Positions 46,246 to 55,197 of a stretch of DNA of 64,000 nucleotides are shown here, piece after piece. Each line of letters begins with the position of its first letter. Within the stretch, counting starts at the first letter, position 1. The position numbers were made by a program, and so were the translations under genes. The stretch is from Bdellovibrionales bacterium (GTDB taxonomy: Bacteria > Bdellovibrionota > Bdellovibrionia > Bdellovibrionales > UBA1609). The stretch covers positions 571,529-635,528 of the forward strand of contig OZ250145.1 in NCBI GenBank assembly GCA_965237565.1, read 5' to 3'. Below the pieces are notes generated by a model. The model searched no databases. It saw only the letters and a list, made by a program, of their open reading frames with translations, and was not told where the DNA came from.

Positions 46246-48240
46246 ATGTTTCGGTGTTTGGTTTTTGTTTTTTTTGTCTCTTTCTTTTTCAATTTGTTAG
46301 CTTACCACAATTTGGCTCACGGAATTTCCTCTTCGTCTATGGCAAACAAATCTGCTTCTACAATCAATTTATCTATGAAAAATAAGATAGAAAAAAAGTT
46401 TGCTTTAAAAGTGAATCAAAAAATAATGATTGCGCGAAGAGCATCGAATGCCTTTGGCAGTCAGGCTATAAAAAGAGGAGGAGAAAAGAAATCTAAAGGA
46501 AAAGAAGGTGCTGTGGACAGTAACACTGTTCCCAAGCCAGCTCCTTCTACATCAGAAAAAACATCCTCTAATAAATCCCCAGACGCAAAGTCCATCGTTT
46601 GCAAAGCAATTACTTCGAAAGATAGAGAAAAAATAAAATTTTGCTTTTTTTCTCTAAACAATCCAGAAGAATCTACAACTTTTTTAAAAGGGTATAAAAA
46701 ATATGACGTTGAGATTGAAGAGTTTTATGGAGATCAAATGAGCGGGCAAAATATTGAGGAGGCTTTTAAAAAGATGACACAGAAATCTGAATGTGACGCC
46801 TTGATTATTTCTGGTCACCATACTGGAGAATTTTATGGAGAACAAAATTCCGAAATGAGTCTTAGCTTAGATTTTTTAGAGAAAATGTCCTGTGAGGTCG
46901 GATGCATGGATTGGTTTTCAAATGTAAAGAGTCTTTTTTTGCAAGGTTGTCGGACAGTGGAACCAAAACTGAATTGGAAAGTTAAAAACCAGTGCAAAAA
47001 AAATATGAGCCAAGCGGATTGCAATGCAGCGTATATTGCGATCCAGTACTCAATTGAGGGTTCTGAGAGACACCAAAACTTGAATCAAACATACAGTTCT
47101 GTTTTGGATAAGAAAACCAACCCTTTAAGTAGTCGTTATCTGAGAATGTTTCCTGAGTCTTCTGTTTATGGTTGGTCAGATAGTTCTCCGACAGCGAAAC
47201 AAGGTGCCAATGAAAGTTTGCCAAATTTTATTAATAAAGTAAAGGATCTAATGGAAGAGGGAGGGACAAAAAAAAGAGATTCTTTTGCAGAGGTCAAAGG
47301 GGTAGTGAAAATGATTGAAGCCTCCAATAATATTGTACTATATAATGAAGAACAATGTATGCAAGCAAGAAAAGAATTGCTGGCAATAGGATGGGCAGAG
47401 CATCAGGAAAATAAAGAGACGAATCCCACTGCTTGTTATATTAGTGACAATAAAGATGCGTTTATTGAAAATAGAAAAAGAGGTTGTGAATTACAAAAAA
47501 CCGAAGAATCAGGAAATAAAGATAAAATCAACAAAGCGATCGACAACATTTTATCATCCCCCGATAGCATAAAGGCAAACTTTAATCGTCTCTTGGCTCT
47601 TGTCATCGGACACAAAGATAAGACAGAAAAACCCGATTGGTATGATGCAGTCATAAAAAAACTCAAAAAAGAATCTGATCTTAAAGAGGTATTGAAACAA
47701 CAATTGCTATCTGATGAGATAGGTTTTGTTAAAAAGGCCGACTATTTGTATTTTTATAGTGAGATGGGTTGGACAAGTGAACGAAGTAAAATATCCGAAA
47801 TTTTTTTATCTCAGTTGCTGGCCTCCTTCAAGGCAATCGAAACAATGGATCTAAATAATGAAAATAAAACACCAGCAATGATAGGCGACAGAGCAAAGGT
47901 AAATGAGGCTTACCAAGTGAGCATATTTCATAGTATCGATCAAAATGGTGTGGCTGAGGATCTGAAGAAAAATGCTCCAGACGAATTTGCTGAGCTGGTG
48001 GAGTTATATAAAGATTCTCAATTTGCCGAAAAACGTTACGCTCATTTTCTTAATTATATAGCCAATAAAAATTCTGTAAATGCTACTACTCAAATCAAAG
48101 AAGCCGACCAGTTTTTTGATCTCCTTGTAGATAAAGCCAGTGGTATAGATGAGAAATTTCTTATCCACCATATATGTAAGCGGAGACCAAAAAAAATCCC
48201 TTCAAATTTCAAGAATTTTGATTTTATATGTAAGAAGTAA
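46246..48240 (+). CDS. large secreted protein of unknown function with a caspase-like His/Cys dyad
   Basis: Signal peptide MFRCLVFVFFVSFFFNLLAYHNLAHG (ATG 46246, AAGGG about 8 nt upstream). Motifs IISGHHTG and, 44 aa later, LFLQGCRT. Confidence 0.7.
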   Translation: MFRCLVFVFFVSFFFNLLAYHNLAHGISSSSMANKSASTINLSMKNKIEKKFALKVNQKIMIARRASNAFGSQAIKRGGEKKSKGKEGAVDSNTVPKPAPSTSEKTSSNKSPDAKSIVCKAITSKDREKIKFCFFSLNNPEESTTFLKGYKKYDVEIEEFYGDQMSGQNIEEAFKKMTQKSECDALIISGHHTGEFYGEQNSEMSLSLDFLEKMSCEVGCMDWFSNVKSLFLQGCRTVEPKLNWKVKNQCKKNMSQADCNAAYIAIQYSIEGSERHQNLNQTYSSVLDKKTNPLSSRYLRMFPESSVYGWSDSSPTAKQGANESLPNFINKVKDLMEEGGTKKRDSFAEVKGVVKMIEASNNIVLYNEEQCMQARKELLAIGWAEHQENKETNPTACYISDNKDAFIENRKRGCELQKTEESGNKDKINKAIDNILSSPDSIKANFNRLLALVIGHKDKTEKPDWYDAVIKKLKKESDLKEVLKQQLLSDEIGFVKKADYLYFYSEMGWTSERSKISEIFLSQLLASFKAIETMDLNNENKTPAMIGDRAKVNEAYQVSIFHSIDQNGVAEDLKKNAPDEFAELVELYKDSQFAEKRYAHFLNYIANKNSVNATTQIKEADQFFDLLVDKASGIDEKFLIHHICKRRPKKIPSNFKNFDFICKK

Positions 48241-48704
48241 TGAAAGAAAAAATATACATTATACATCGAGGATCGAAAAGCTCCTGGCCGAAAAAAATTT
48301 TGATCTATACTGATGGAGCAAGCAGAGGAAATCCCGGAGCCGCCTCTGCGGGCTTAGTTGTTTACAATGAGCAACTGAATATTCTTTATGAAGAAGCTGT
48401 TTTTTTGGGAGAACAGACAAACAATTTTGCCGAGTATTCAGCTATTTTGAGAGCTTTGGAACTAAGTTGCCAAAACACAGTGAATGCATTGACCGTAAAA
48501 AGCGATAGTGAATTATTGGTGAAGCAATTGTCAGGTATTTATAAGGTGAAATCTGCAAACATCAAAGCCCTTTATCAAAAATGCAAAGCTCTGGTGGAAA
48601 AAATTCCCGTTGTGGATTTTCAACATGTTTATCGAGAACAGAATCAAAAAGCTGATGAACTAGCTAATCTGATTTTGGATCAAATGAACACTCACAAAAT
48701 ATGA
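48240..48704 (+). CDS. rnhA: ribonuclease HI
   Basis: IYTDGASRGNPG, NNFAEYSAILRALE, VKSDSELLVKQL, NQKADELAN (DEDD residues). Confidence 0.85.
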   Translation: MKEKIYIIHRGSKSSWPKKILIYTDGASRGNPGAASAGLVVYNEQLNILYEEAVFLGEQTNNFAEYSAILRALELSCQNTVNALTVKSDSELLVKQLSGIYKVKSANIKALYQKCKALVEKIPVVDFQHVYREQNQKADELANLILDQMNTHKI

Positions 48705-48745
48705 AAAAAGTGGATTCTTTTTGTTGAGTGAGTTATGTTTGCACT

Positions 48746-49067
48746 GGAGGATTTGTGGGTGTTCGCTCAGTTTTTCGTGAACTGGGAGGAAAGTCCGGAC
48801 TCCTTGTAGCGACGTAAAAGGTGAAAGTCTTTCCACTCGAAAAGAGTGAGGACTAGTGGAACAGAAAGTATATCCGGATCTTTTTTATAAAGATTGCTGG
48901 AGTGAAATCAGCTAAACTCTGCGTGGAGCAAGATCAAATAGAGAAGTGCCAAACATAGCTACAGTGTGATTCTTCTGGGTTGATCGCATAGATAAATGAA
49001 CACATCCTCTTGTTGTTTTTACTGGTTGGACAAGAGTAGACAGAATCTGGCTTATAACAAATCCTCT
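48746..49067 (+). ncRNA. rnpB: RNase P RNA (bacterial type A)
   Basis: P4 signature gggaggaaagtccgg at about 48785. 3' conserved acagaatctggcttat. P1 pairing gaggatttgt (48747-56) with acaaatcctc (49057-66). Ends are approximate. Confidence 0.85.
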
Positions 49068-49137
49068 TAACCGGTTGTCTGATGATGAGAAAGTGACTGA
49101 TCAAGTACCTTGCTTCGTCTGTAGTTTCTTTGCTTGC

Positions 49138-49668
49138 TTATTGCTCTTCCACTGTCTTCGGTTCTTTGGATTCAAAAGGACTGCCTTTTTCTTCAATCCC
49201 TATTTCAGAGTTCTCCCCAAAATCTTTTTGTGATTGATCAAAAAGCAAGGCAATCGGCTCCTTTAATATGACATTTGTGTGTTTTGCTCGCATACTGGAT
49301 ACGATCCACACTTCGTTACCCATTTCAAATGATTTCGAATGACTGCGTTTCATTAGGGCAGTGCCTTCAACTGTGACATCTACATTTTTTTTGTCAGTAA
49401 AAGAATATTGAAATAAGACCTTGATTTGATCTCTTTTGTCGGTGGATTTAGTGGACAATTTGTGAAATTGAATGTTCTCATTATCTTCCGTCAAATTGGT
49501 TTGAATCATTGTTTTTAATTGGTCTTGTAGAGACGTGTAAAGCCACCGAGGATGATCTGCTTTTCTGTAAAAAAGAAACCAAGTGCTGATGAGAAAAATA
49601 AAAAAGAGGAAAATAGATAATAGTCGAAAACGGTAGAGCTTTAAATTCTTAAAAGAAAATTGCTTCAT
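49138..49668 (-). CDS. hypothetical membrane-anchored protein
   Basis: 176-aa ORF with one N-terminal TM helix (LLSIFLFFIFLISTWFLFY). No motif. Confidence 0.55.
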   Translation of the reverse strand: MKQFSFKNLKLYRFRLLSIFLFFIFLISTWFLFYRKADHPRWLYTSLQDQLKTMIQTNLTEDNENIQFHKLSTKSTDKRDQIKVLFQYSFTDKKNVDVTVEGTALMKRSHSKSFEMGNEVWIVSSMRAKHTNVILKEPIALLFDQSQKDFGENSEIGIEEKGSPFESKEPKTVEEQ

Positions 49669-49809
49669 ATCGCGCTGAGTATGAACGTTTTGGGACTATA
49701 AAGCAAGTTCAGAAAATCTTCTAGCAGAACAAAGTGAGAATCTTGCAAGTCCGAATAAACTTTGTTTTTCTCTCTCATTTTTTCATTTCCCATCGCAGTT
49801 TTTCACTCA

Positions 49810-49930
49810 AACGAGCAAGGGATGATAATTCTGACAAGACTCTTCTCTCTCACGAGCAAGGGATGATAATTCTGGCAAGACTCTTCTCTCTCACGAGCAA
49901 GGGATGATAATTCTGGCAAGACTCTTCTTT
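49810..49930. repeat. 41-bp tandem repeat x3 in a divergent intergenic region
   Basis: The unit cacgagcaagggatgataattctggcaagactcttctctct starts at about 49810, 49851 and 49892. Copies 2 and 3 are identical; copy 1 has 2-3 changes. Confidence 0.9.
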
Positions 49931-49984
49931 CCTTTTTGCAGAGAGCTGTTTTTATGATAAATCTCATTTAAAAGGGAATAAATT

Positions 49985-51583
49985 TTGGTTTTAGCAACAA
50001 AAATAGATACGCACTCTGAGAGTTTCCTGCAAAATTTTCAGTTTATGAAGCAACAAGTAATGGAATTGAAAAAAGCTTTAAAACAAGCTCGTTTGGGAGG
50101 AGGTACTGAGAACCAAAAGCGTCATAAGCTGAGAAACAAATATTTGGCTAGAGAAAGAATCGAAAATCTCAAAGATTCTGAAACCTCTTTTCTTGAGTTT
50201 TCAGCTTTGGCAGGAAAAGCTGTATACAAGGAAATTCTTCCCTCAGCGGGTATTCTTACTGGTGTTATCATCATTCAAGGCCGTCCCTGTGTGGTGATTG
50301 CCAATGATGCGACGGTAAAGGGGGGTACGTATTTTCCCATGACAATAAAAAAGCATCTTCGTGCTCAAGAAATTGCCTTAGAAAATCATCTGCCTTGCAT
50401 TTACTTAGTGGATAGCGGAGGGGCTTATTTGCCCTATCAAGATCAGGTGTTTCCAGATCGAGAACATTTTGGAAGAATTTTTTATAATCAAGTTCGCATG
50501 TCGGCGAAAGGCATTGCACAAATTTCTGTGGTGCTGGGTCATTGCATTGCCGGAGGGGCTTATGTGCCTGCCCTGTCGGATGAAAATATCATTGTAAAAG
50601 GCAATGGCACAATTTTTTTAGGAGGTCCTCCCCTAGTGGAGGCAGCTACAGGAGAAAAAGTAGAAGCCCAGGAATTGGGAGGAGCTGATGTGCACACTTC
50701 TCTTTCTGGAGTGAGTGATTACATGGCTGAAGACGAAGATTCTGCTTTACAAAAAGTTAGAGAAATTGTGTTGCACTTGGGCAGGATAAAAAAACAATCA
50801 CTACCCTGCCAAGAAAATCGTAGTCCTTTGTATTCTCCGGAAGAGATGTACGGAGTGATTCCCTTTGATTTAAAGAAAACTTTCGATATGAAAGAAATGA
50901 TAGCTCGTTTGGTCGATGGTTCTGAGTTCTTTGAATTTAAAGAAAACTACGGCAGAACTTTGGTAACAGGTTGGGCTCATATCTGTGGCTTTCCAGTGGG
51001 CGTGCTGGCCAACAATGGAGTGTTGTTGAGTGAGTCTGCCTTAAAGGCAACACATTTTATAGATCTTTGTGATCAAAGGGGCACTCCTCTTTTATTTTTG
51101 CAAAATATTGTGGGGTTTATGGTGGGCAAAAAATATGAAAATGAGGGAATCACAAAGCAAGGAGCCAAAATGGTGTCGGCTGTGAGTTTGGCTCGTGTTC
51201 CCAAGTTCACTGTCATCATGGGGGCTTCTTATGGAGCCGGTAATTATGGAATGTGTGGGAGGGCTTATCAACCTCGTCAGCTTTGGATATGGCCTTCTGC
51301 TCGTATCGCTGTAATGGGAGGAACACAAGCACAAAAGGTTCTCAGTACTGTGAAAACGCGATCCAAAAAAAAAGAGAAACATTCGTCAGAATCTTCCAAA
51401 GAACATTCAGAATCTCTCATCGAGCAATACGATCGCCAAAGTTCTGCCTATTACTCAACAGCTCGTTTGTGGGATGATGGTCTGATTGATCCTATAGATA
51501 CAAGAAGGGTCGTAGCACTTGGAATAGATGCTTCTTTGCATGCTCCTTTGAAGCCTAGGTTGAAAGGCATTTACCGAATGTGA
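49985..51583 (+). CDS. methylcrotonyl-CoA carboxylase beta subunit (carboxyltransferase)
   Basis: Acyl-CoA carboxyltransferase family (GGTYFPMT, DSGGAYLP, GGADVH, GASYGAGNYGMCGRAY). The assignment rests on the liu-type neighbourhood. TTG start. Confidence 0.88.
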   Translation: MVLATKIDTHSESFLQNFQFMKQQVMELKKALKQARLGGGTENQKRHKLRNKYLARERIENLKDSETSFLEFSALAGKAVYKEILPSAGILTGVIIIQGRPCVVIANDATVKGGTYFPMTIKKHLRAQEIALENHLPCIYLVDSGGAYLPYQDQVFPDREHFGRIFYNQVRMSAKGIAQISVVLGHCIAGGAYVPALSDENIIVKGNGTIFLGGPPLVEAATGEKVEAQELGGADVHTSLSGVSDYMAEDEDSALQKVREIVLHLGRIKKQSLPCQENRSPLYSPEEMYGVIPFDLKKTFDMKEMIARLVDGSEFFEFKENYGRTLVTGWAHICGFPVGVLANNGVLLSESALKATHFIDLCDQRGTPLLFLQNIVGFMVGKKYENEGITKQGAKMVSAVSLARVPKFTVIMGASYGAGNYGMCGRAYQPRQLWIWPSARIAVMGGTQAQKVLSTVKTRSKKKEKHSSESSKEHSESLIEQYDRQSSAYYSTARLWDDGLIDPIDTRRVVALGIDASLHAPLKPRLKGIYRM

Positions 51584-51593
51584 GGTTGTTAGA

Positions 51594-52361
51594 ATGAGTT
51601 CAGTTGTTCAGTTTCAAAAAAAAGAAGGAATTGCTTCTCTCACTTTAGATCGTCCAGAGAAAAGAAATGCCCTCAATCCAGAACTCATCAATGCTTTGCG
51701 ATCTGCTTTTCGAGATATTGAATCAGATCCTTCTTTAAAAGCTGTTGTTTTGTCTGGTGCAGGAAAATCTTTTTGCAGTGGTGCGGATTTACATTGGTTA
51801 AAGGATGACAAACTCTTTAGTAAAAAAGAAGTTGCGTCTTTATTTTCCCTTTATAAAGCTGTCAAAGATTGCCCCATTCCTGTCATTGCTTTGGCACATC
51901 ATTTTGTTGTGGGAGGGGGATTGGGGCTTCTCTCTGCTTGTGATATTGCGATCGTTGAAAAGGACACACAGTTCCGATTCAGCGAAACCCATCTGGGCTT
52001 GGTGCCTTCAGTGATTAGCCCTTTTGTTTTGCGGAAAATCTCTCTATCTTGGGCTAGTTTTTTCATGTTGACAGCTATGCCTTTTTCAGCAAAAAAGGCT
52101 CTCGAAATATCTTTGGTGCATTTTGTTGGTTCACAAAGTGAATGCAATGAATTTTTGAAAAAAATATTGAAGCAATTTGATTTGTTAGATCAAAAAGCCG
52201 TTTCAAAAACAAAAAAATTGTTGAATACTATCTATTTAAGTCCAGTGGAAAAAGTCAAAACTCAATGTGTGAAGATCATCCATGAAGCCAGAAAAGAGGC
52301 TGAGACCAAAAAGAGAATTCAATCGTTGTTGGGTTCTATGTCTAACCAAAAAGAGGAATAA
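51594..52361 (+). CDS. enoyl-CoA hydratase family (probable methylglutaconyl-CoA hydratase)
   Basis: Crotonase motifs LTLDRPEKRNAL and GAGKSFCSGADL. Confidence 0.82.
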   Translation: MSSVVQFQKKEGIASLTLDRPEKRNALNPELINALRSAFRDIESDPSLKAVVLSGAGKSFCSGADLHWLKDDKLFSKKEVASLFSLYKAVKDCPIPVIALAHHFVVGGGLGLLSACDIAIVEKDTQFRFSETHLGLVPSVISPFVLRKISLSWASFFMLTAMPFSAKKALEISLVHFVGSQSECNEFLKKILKQFDLLDQKAVSKTKKLLNTIYLSPVEKVKTQCVKIIHEARKEAETKKRIQSLLGSMSNQKEE

Positions 52362-52364
52362 TAA

Positions 52365-53837
52365 GTGCAAAAAGCGATTCATAAGGTGGCTATTGCGAAT
52401 CGTGGAGAGATTGCTCTTCGTTTATTGCTAGCCTGTCGTGAAATGGGACTAAAGACAGTCTTGCTTTATTCTTCGGCGGATCGCGAGAGCAAAGCTTTTC
52501 GAATGAGCGAAGAAAAAATATTCATCGGCCCGGGGGACCCTGTCAAAAGTTACTTGAATGTTTCTGCTGTTGTGGAAGGAGCTTTGAGTGCAGGTGCGGA
52601 TGCACTTCATCCGGGTTATGGTTTTTTATCCGAGAGTGCAGATTTGGCAAAAGCCTGTGAAGAAAAGGGAGTGGTGTTTATCGGTCCTCCCATTTCTTGT
52701 TTGGAATTATTTGGAGATAAAGTTTTGTCTCGTCGTCACGCTATTTCCTGTGGAGTACCTGTACTCCCTGCGAGTAGCAAGGAAGATCCTTCGGAGTTGC
52801 TGAGAGAAGCAAAACGAATAGGCTTTCCAGTCATTTTGAAATCAAGGCTAGGCGGAGGAGGAAGGGGACTCAGAGTCATTTCCTCGGAAAAGCAGTGGGC
52901 GGAAGCTCTTCGTTCAGCAAAGAGAGAAACAAAGTCATCCTTTGCTTCGACAAAAATTTTTGTAGAAAAATATTTGGATAGAGCCAAACACATAGAAGTG
53001 CAAATTTTTGCTGATTCTAGCGGAAAAATGCATTATCTTTTTGATAGAGATTGTTCAGTTCAAAGAAAACACCAAAAAATTATTGAAGAAGCTCCCAGCT
53101 TGATTCCAACAAAAATTCAAAAAGAGATGGCTTCGGCAGCGGTTGAGCTCTTTCGTTCTGTTCGTTATGTGCAAGCTGGTACGGTAGAGTTTTTATACCA
53201 AGATGAAAAATTTTATTTTATGGAGGTAAATCCAAGATTACAAGTCGAGAGCTCTGTCACAGAAATGATTTTGGGAGTGGATCTTGTGAAGGCACAAATT
53301 TTAACTGCCAGCAATTACTCTTGCTTTGTGAATACTTCTCTTTTTCATCCTAGGGGACATAGTATTGAGTGTCGCATCTATACAGAGGATGTGAAAAAAG
53401 GAGTCCCCCTTTTTGGTCGTTTGGGCTCTTGTGTTTTGGCTCATGGAGTGAATCGTCGTTTTGATATGGGCTTTGAATCAGGAGATAAGATTCCAGAATT
53501 TTATGACTCTATGATTGGGAAAATTGTTGTGTGGGATGAAAATCGCACGCGGGCTTTAGCAAAAATGAAATCTGCCTTAAGTGAAACGATTATATTTGGC
53601 TTAAAAACAAATCTCAATTTTTTACAAGATATCATCGTAGATAATGTATTTATAGAAGCTAGGGTAGAAACCAGTTTCATAGAGCGTTCTTTTCTTAAAA
53701 CTTGGCAGGAACCAGAAGTCGGTTCATTGGATGCAAAATTGGTCAAAGTGGTTCGCAATCATTTTTCTAGGAACCGATCTTTTTCTAGTAGAGAACAAAG
53801 GGGATCTTTCGATCCATGGAAGCATTTTTCGAAGTGA
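52365..53837 (+). CDS. methylcrotonyl-CoA carboxylase alpha, biotin carboxylase part
   Basis: KVAIANRGEIALR, HPGYGFLSE, ATP-grasp GGGGRGLRV, EVNPRLQVE. GTG start. Confidence 0.9.
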   Translation: MQKAIHKVAIANRGEIALRLLLACREMGLKTVLLYSSADRESKAFRMSEEKIFIGPGDPVKSYLNVSAVVEGALSAGADALHPGYGFLSESADLAKACEEKGVVFIGPPISCLELFGDKVLSRRHAISCGVPVLPASSKEDPSELLREAKRIGFPVILKSRLGGGGRGLRVISSEKQWAEALRSAKRETKSSFASTKIFVEKYLDRAKHIEVQIFADSSGKMHYLFDRDCSVQRKHQKIIEEAPSLIPTKIQKEMASAAVELFRSVRYVQAGTVEFLYQDEKFYFMEVNPRLQVESSVTEMILGVDLVKAQILTASNYSCFVNTSLFHPRGHSIECRIYTEDVKKGVPLFGRLGSCVLAHGVNRRFDMGFESGDKIPEFYDSMIGKIVVWDENRTRALAKMKSALSETIIFGLKTNLNFLQDIIVDNVFIEARVETSFIERSFLKTWQEPEVGSLDAKLVKVVRNHFSRNRSFSSREQRGSFDPWKHFSK

Positions 53838-53847
53838 TGGATTTGCG

Positions 53848-54213
53848 ATGAAGAAAATAGAAGCCATTATTGGTGACGAGGTCTTTCACATTTGTGCGGA
53901 ACAAGTGAAAGGATGTATTTGGTTTCACTTAAAGGGGCGTTTATTTGTTATGGATAAAAATCCTAAGGAGTTGAGGACTCTTCGACAAAAAAAAGAAAAA
54001 AGAAATTCCATTTTGTCTCCTATGCCAGGGAAGATTATGGAAATTTTTATAAGAGAAGGGGAAAAAGTTGAAGAAAATCAAGCTTTGCTCGTTCTTTCTG
54101 CTATGAAAATGGAATATACTTTAAGGGCTCCTCATGTGGGTGTTATAAAGTCTCTAAAAGTGAGTAAAGACGAATTGGTTTCTGCCGATCAGGAGCTTTT
54201 GTTCATTTCTTAA
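53848..54213 (+). CDS. biotin carboxyl carrier (biotinyl) domain protein
   Basis: SPMPGKI...GEKVEENQALLVLSAMKMEYTL carries the AMKM biotinylation motif. ATG is 10 nt after the BC stop, in a different frame. Confidence 0.82.
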   Translation: MKKIEAIIGDEVFHICAEQVKGCIWFHLKGRLFVMDKNPKELRTLRQKKEKRNSILSPMPGKIMEIFIREGEKVEENQALLVLSAMKMEYTLRAPHVGVIKSLKVSKDELVSADQELLFIS

Positions 54214-54225
54214 CCAAGGGGTTTG

Positions 54226-55143
54226 ATGATGTTGGTTTCCCATATTGTGGAAGTGGGTTTGCGGGATGGTCTGCAAAATGAATCTATTGATTTATCTCTA
54301 AAGAATCGCTACGAACTTGTGAAAAAACTCTCTTTGGCAGGACTCAGAAGGATTGAGTTGGGGTCTTTTGTTTCTCCAACAGCCCTTCCCCAAATGAAAG
54401 TGACACCCCAGTTGGCAAAGAAAATTTTGCTTCACCAAGGGAAAGGCTTGCTACCGAAAAATATTTGCTATTCTGCTTTTGTTCCCAATGTAATCGGTTT
54501 TGAAAAGGCAATTGACTGCGGTCTAAAAGAAGTTGCTATTTTTGTTTCTTGTACAGAATCTTTTTCAAAAAAAAATATTAATATGAGTGTAAAAGAAAGT
54601 TTGAAAAATTTGAACACAATTGGCCATAGAGCTAGAAGCCTAAAAATAAAAGTGAGAGGATACCTTAGCGCTAGTTTCGGTTGCCCTTATGAAGGTCGAG
54701 TGCTTCCCAAAAGAGTAGCCGTTTTGGCCGATCAAATGATGCAAGAGGGGATTTTTGAATTATCTTTGAGTGACACCATTGGAGTAGCTAGCTTTTCAGA
54801 TGTAGTAAAGGTAATGAATGAAGTTCAAAAAAAAGTTTCTGTAAAAAAATTGGCCTTGCATTTTCACAATACAAGGGGGATGGCTTTGGCAAATGTGGTT
54901 GCCGGTTTTCAAAGCGGTGTTCGGGTTTTTGATTCTAGTATAGGAGGTCTAGGCGGTTGTCCTTACGCTCCCGGAGCGAGTGGAAATCTGGCTACAGAAG
55001 ATCTTGTGTATTTATTGGAAGGCATGGGGGTTCGGACAAATGTAGAACTTCAAAAACTCATTAGAACTACAAAATTTTTGGAGAAACAATTGAAAAGGTC
55101 TTTACCTTCTAATGTTTCAGTTGCTGGCTTGCCAAAGTTTTGA
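54226..55143 (+). CDS. hydroxymethylglutaryl-CoA lyase
   Basis: EVGLRDGLQNE, HFHNTRGMALANV, GGLGGCPYAPGASGN. Confidence 0.9.
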   Translation: MMLVSHIVEVGLRDGLQNESIDLSLKNRYELVKKLSLAGLRRIELGSFVSPTALPQMKVTPQLAKKILLHQGKGLLPKNICYSAFVPNVIGFEKAIDCGLKEVAIFVSCTESFSKKNINMSVKESLKNLNTIGHRARSLKIKVRGYLSASFGCPYEGRVLPKRVAVLADQMMQEGIFELSLSDTIGVASFSDVVKVMNEVQKKVSVKKLALHFHNTRGMALANVVAGFQSGVRVFDSSIGGLGGCPYAPGASGNLATEDLVYLLEGMGVRTNVELQKLIRTTKFLEKQLKRSLPSNVSVAGLPKF

Positions 55144-55197
55144 ATGGAGATGTGTTTGTGTAAAATGAGTAAATATGATGTTTCTCTGAGCAAATGA

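Noticed and set aside
49810-49930. Possible CRISPR array
   Set aside because: The 41-bp units are directly abutting with no spacers, and there are no cas genes. It is a plain tandem repeat.
55144-55197. FMN riboswitch upstream of ribD
   Set aside because: The intergenic space is only ~54 nt and lacks the conserved FMN-element helices.
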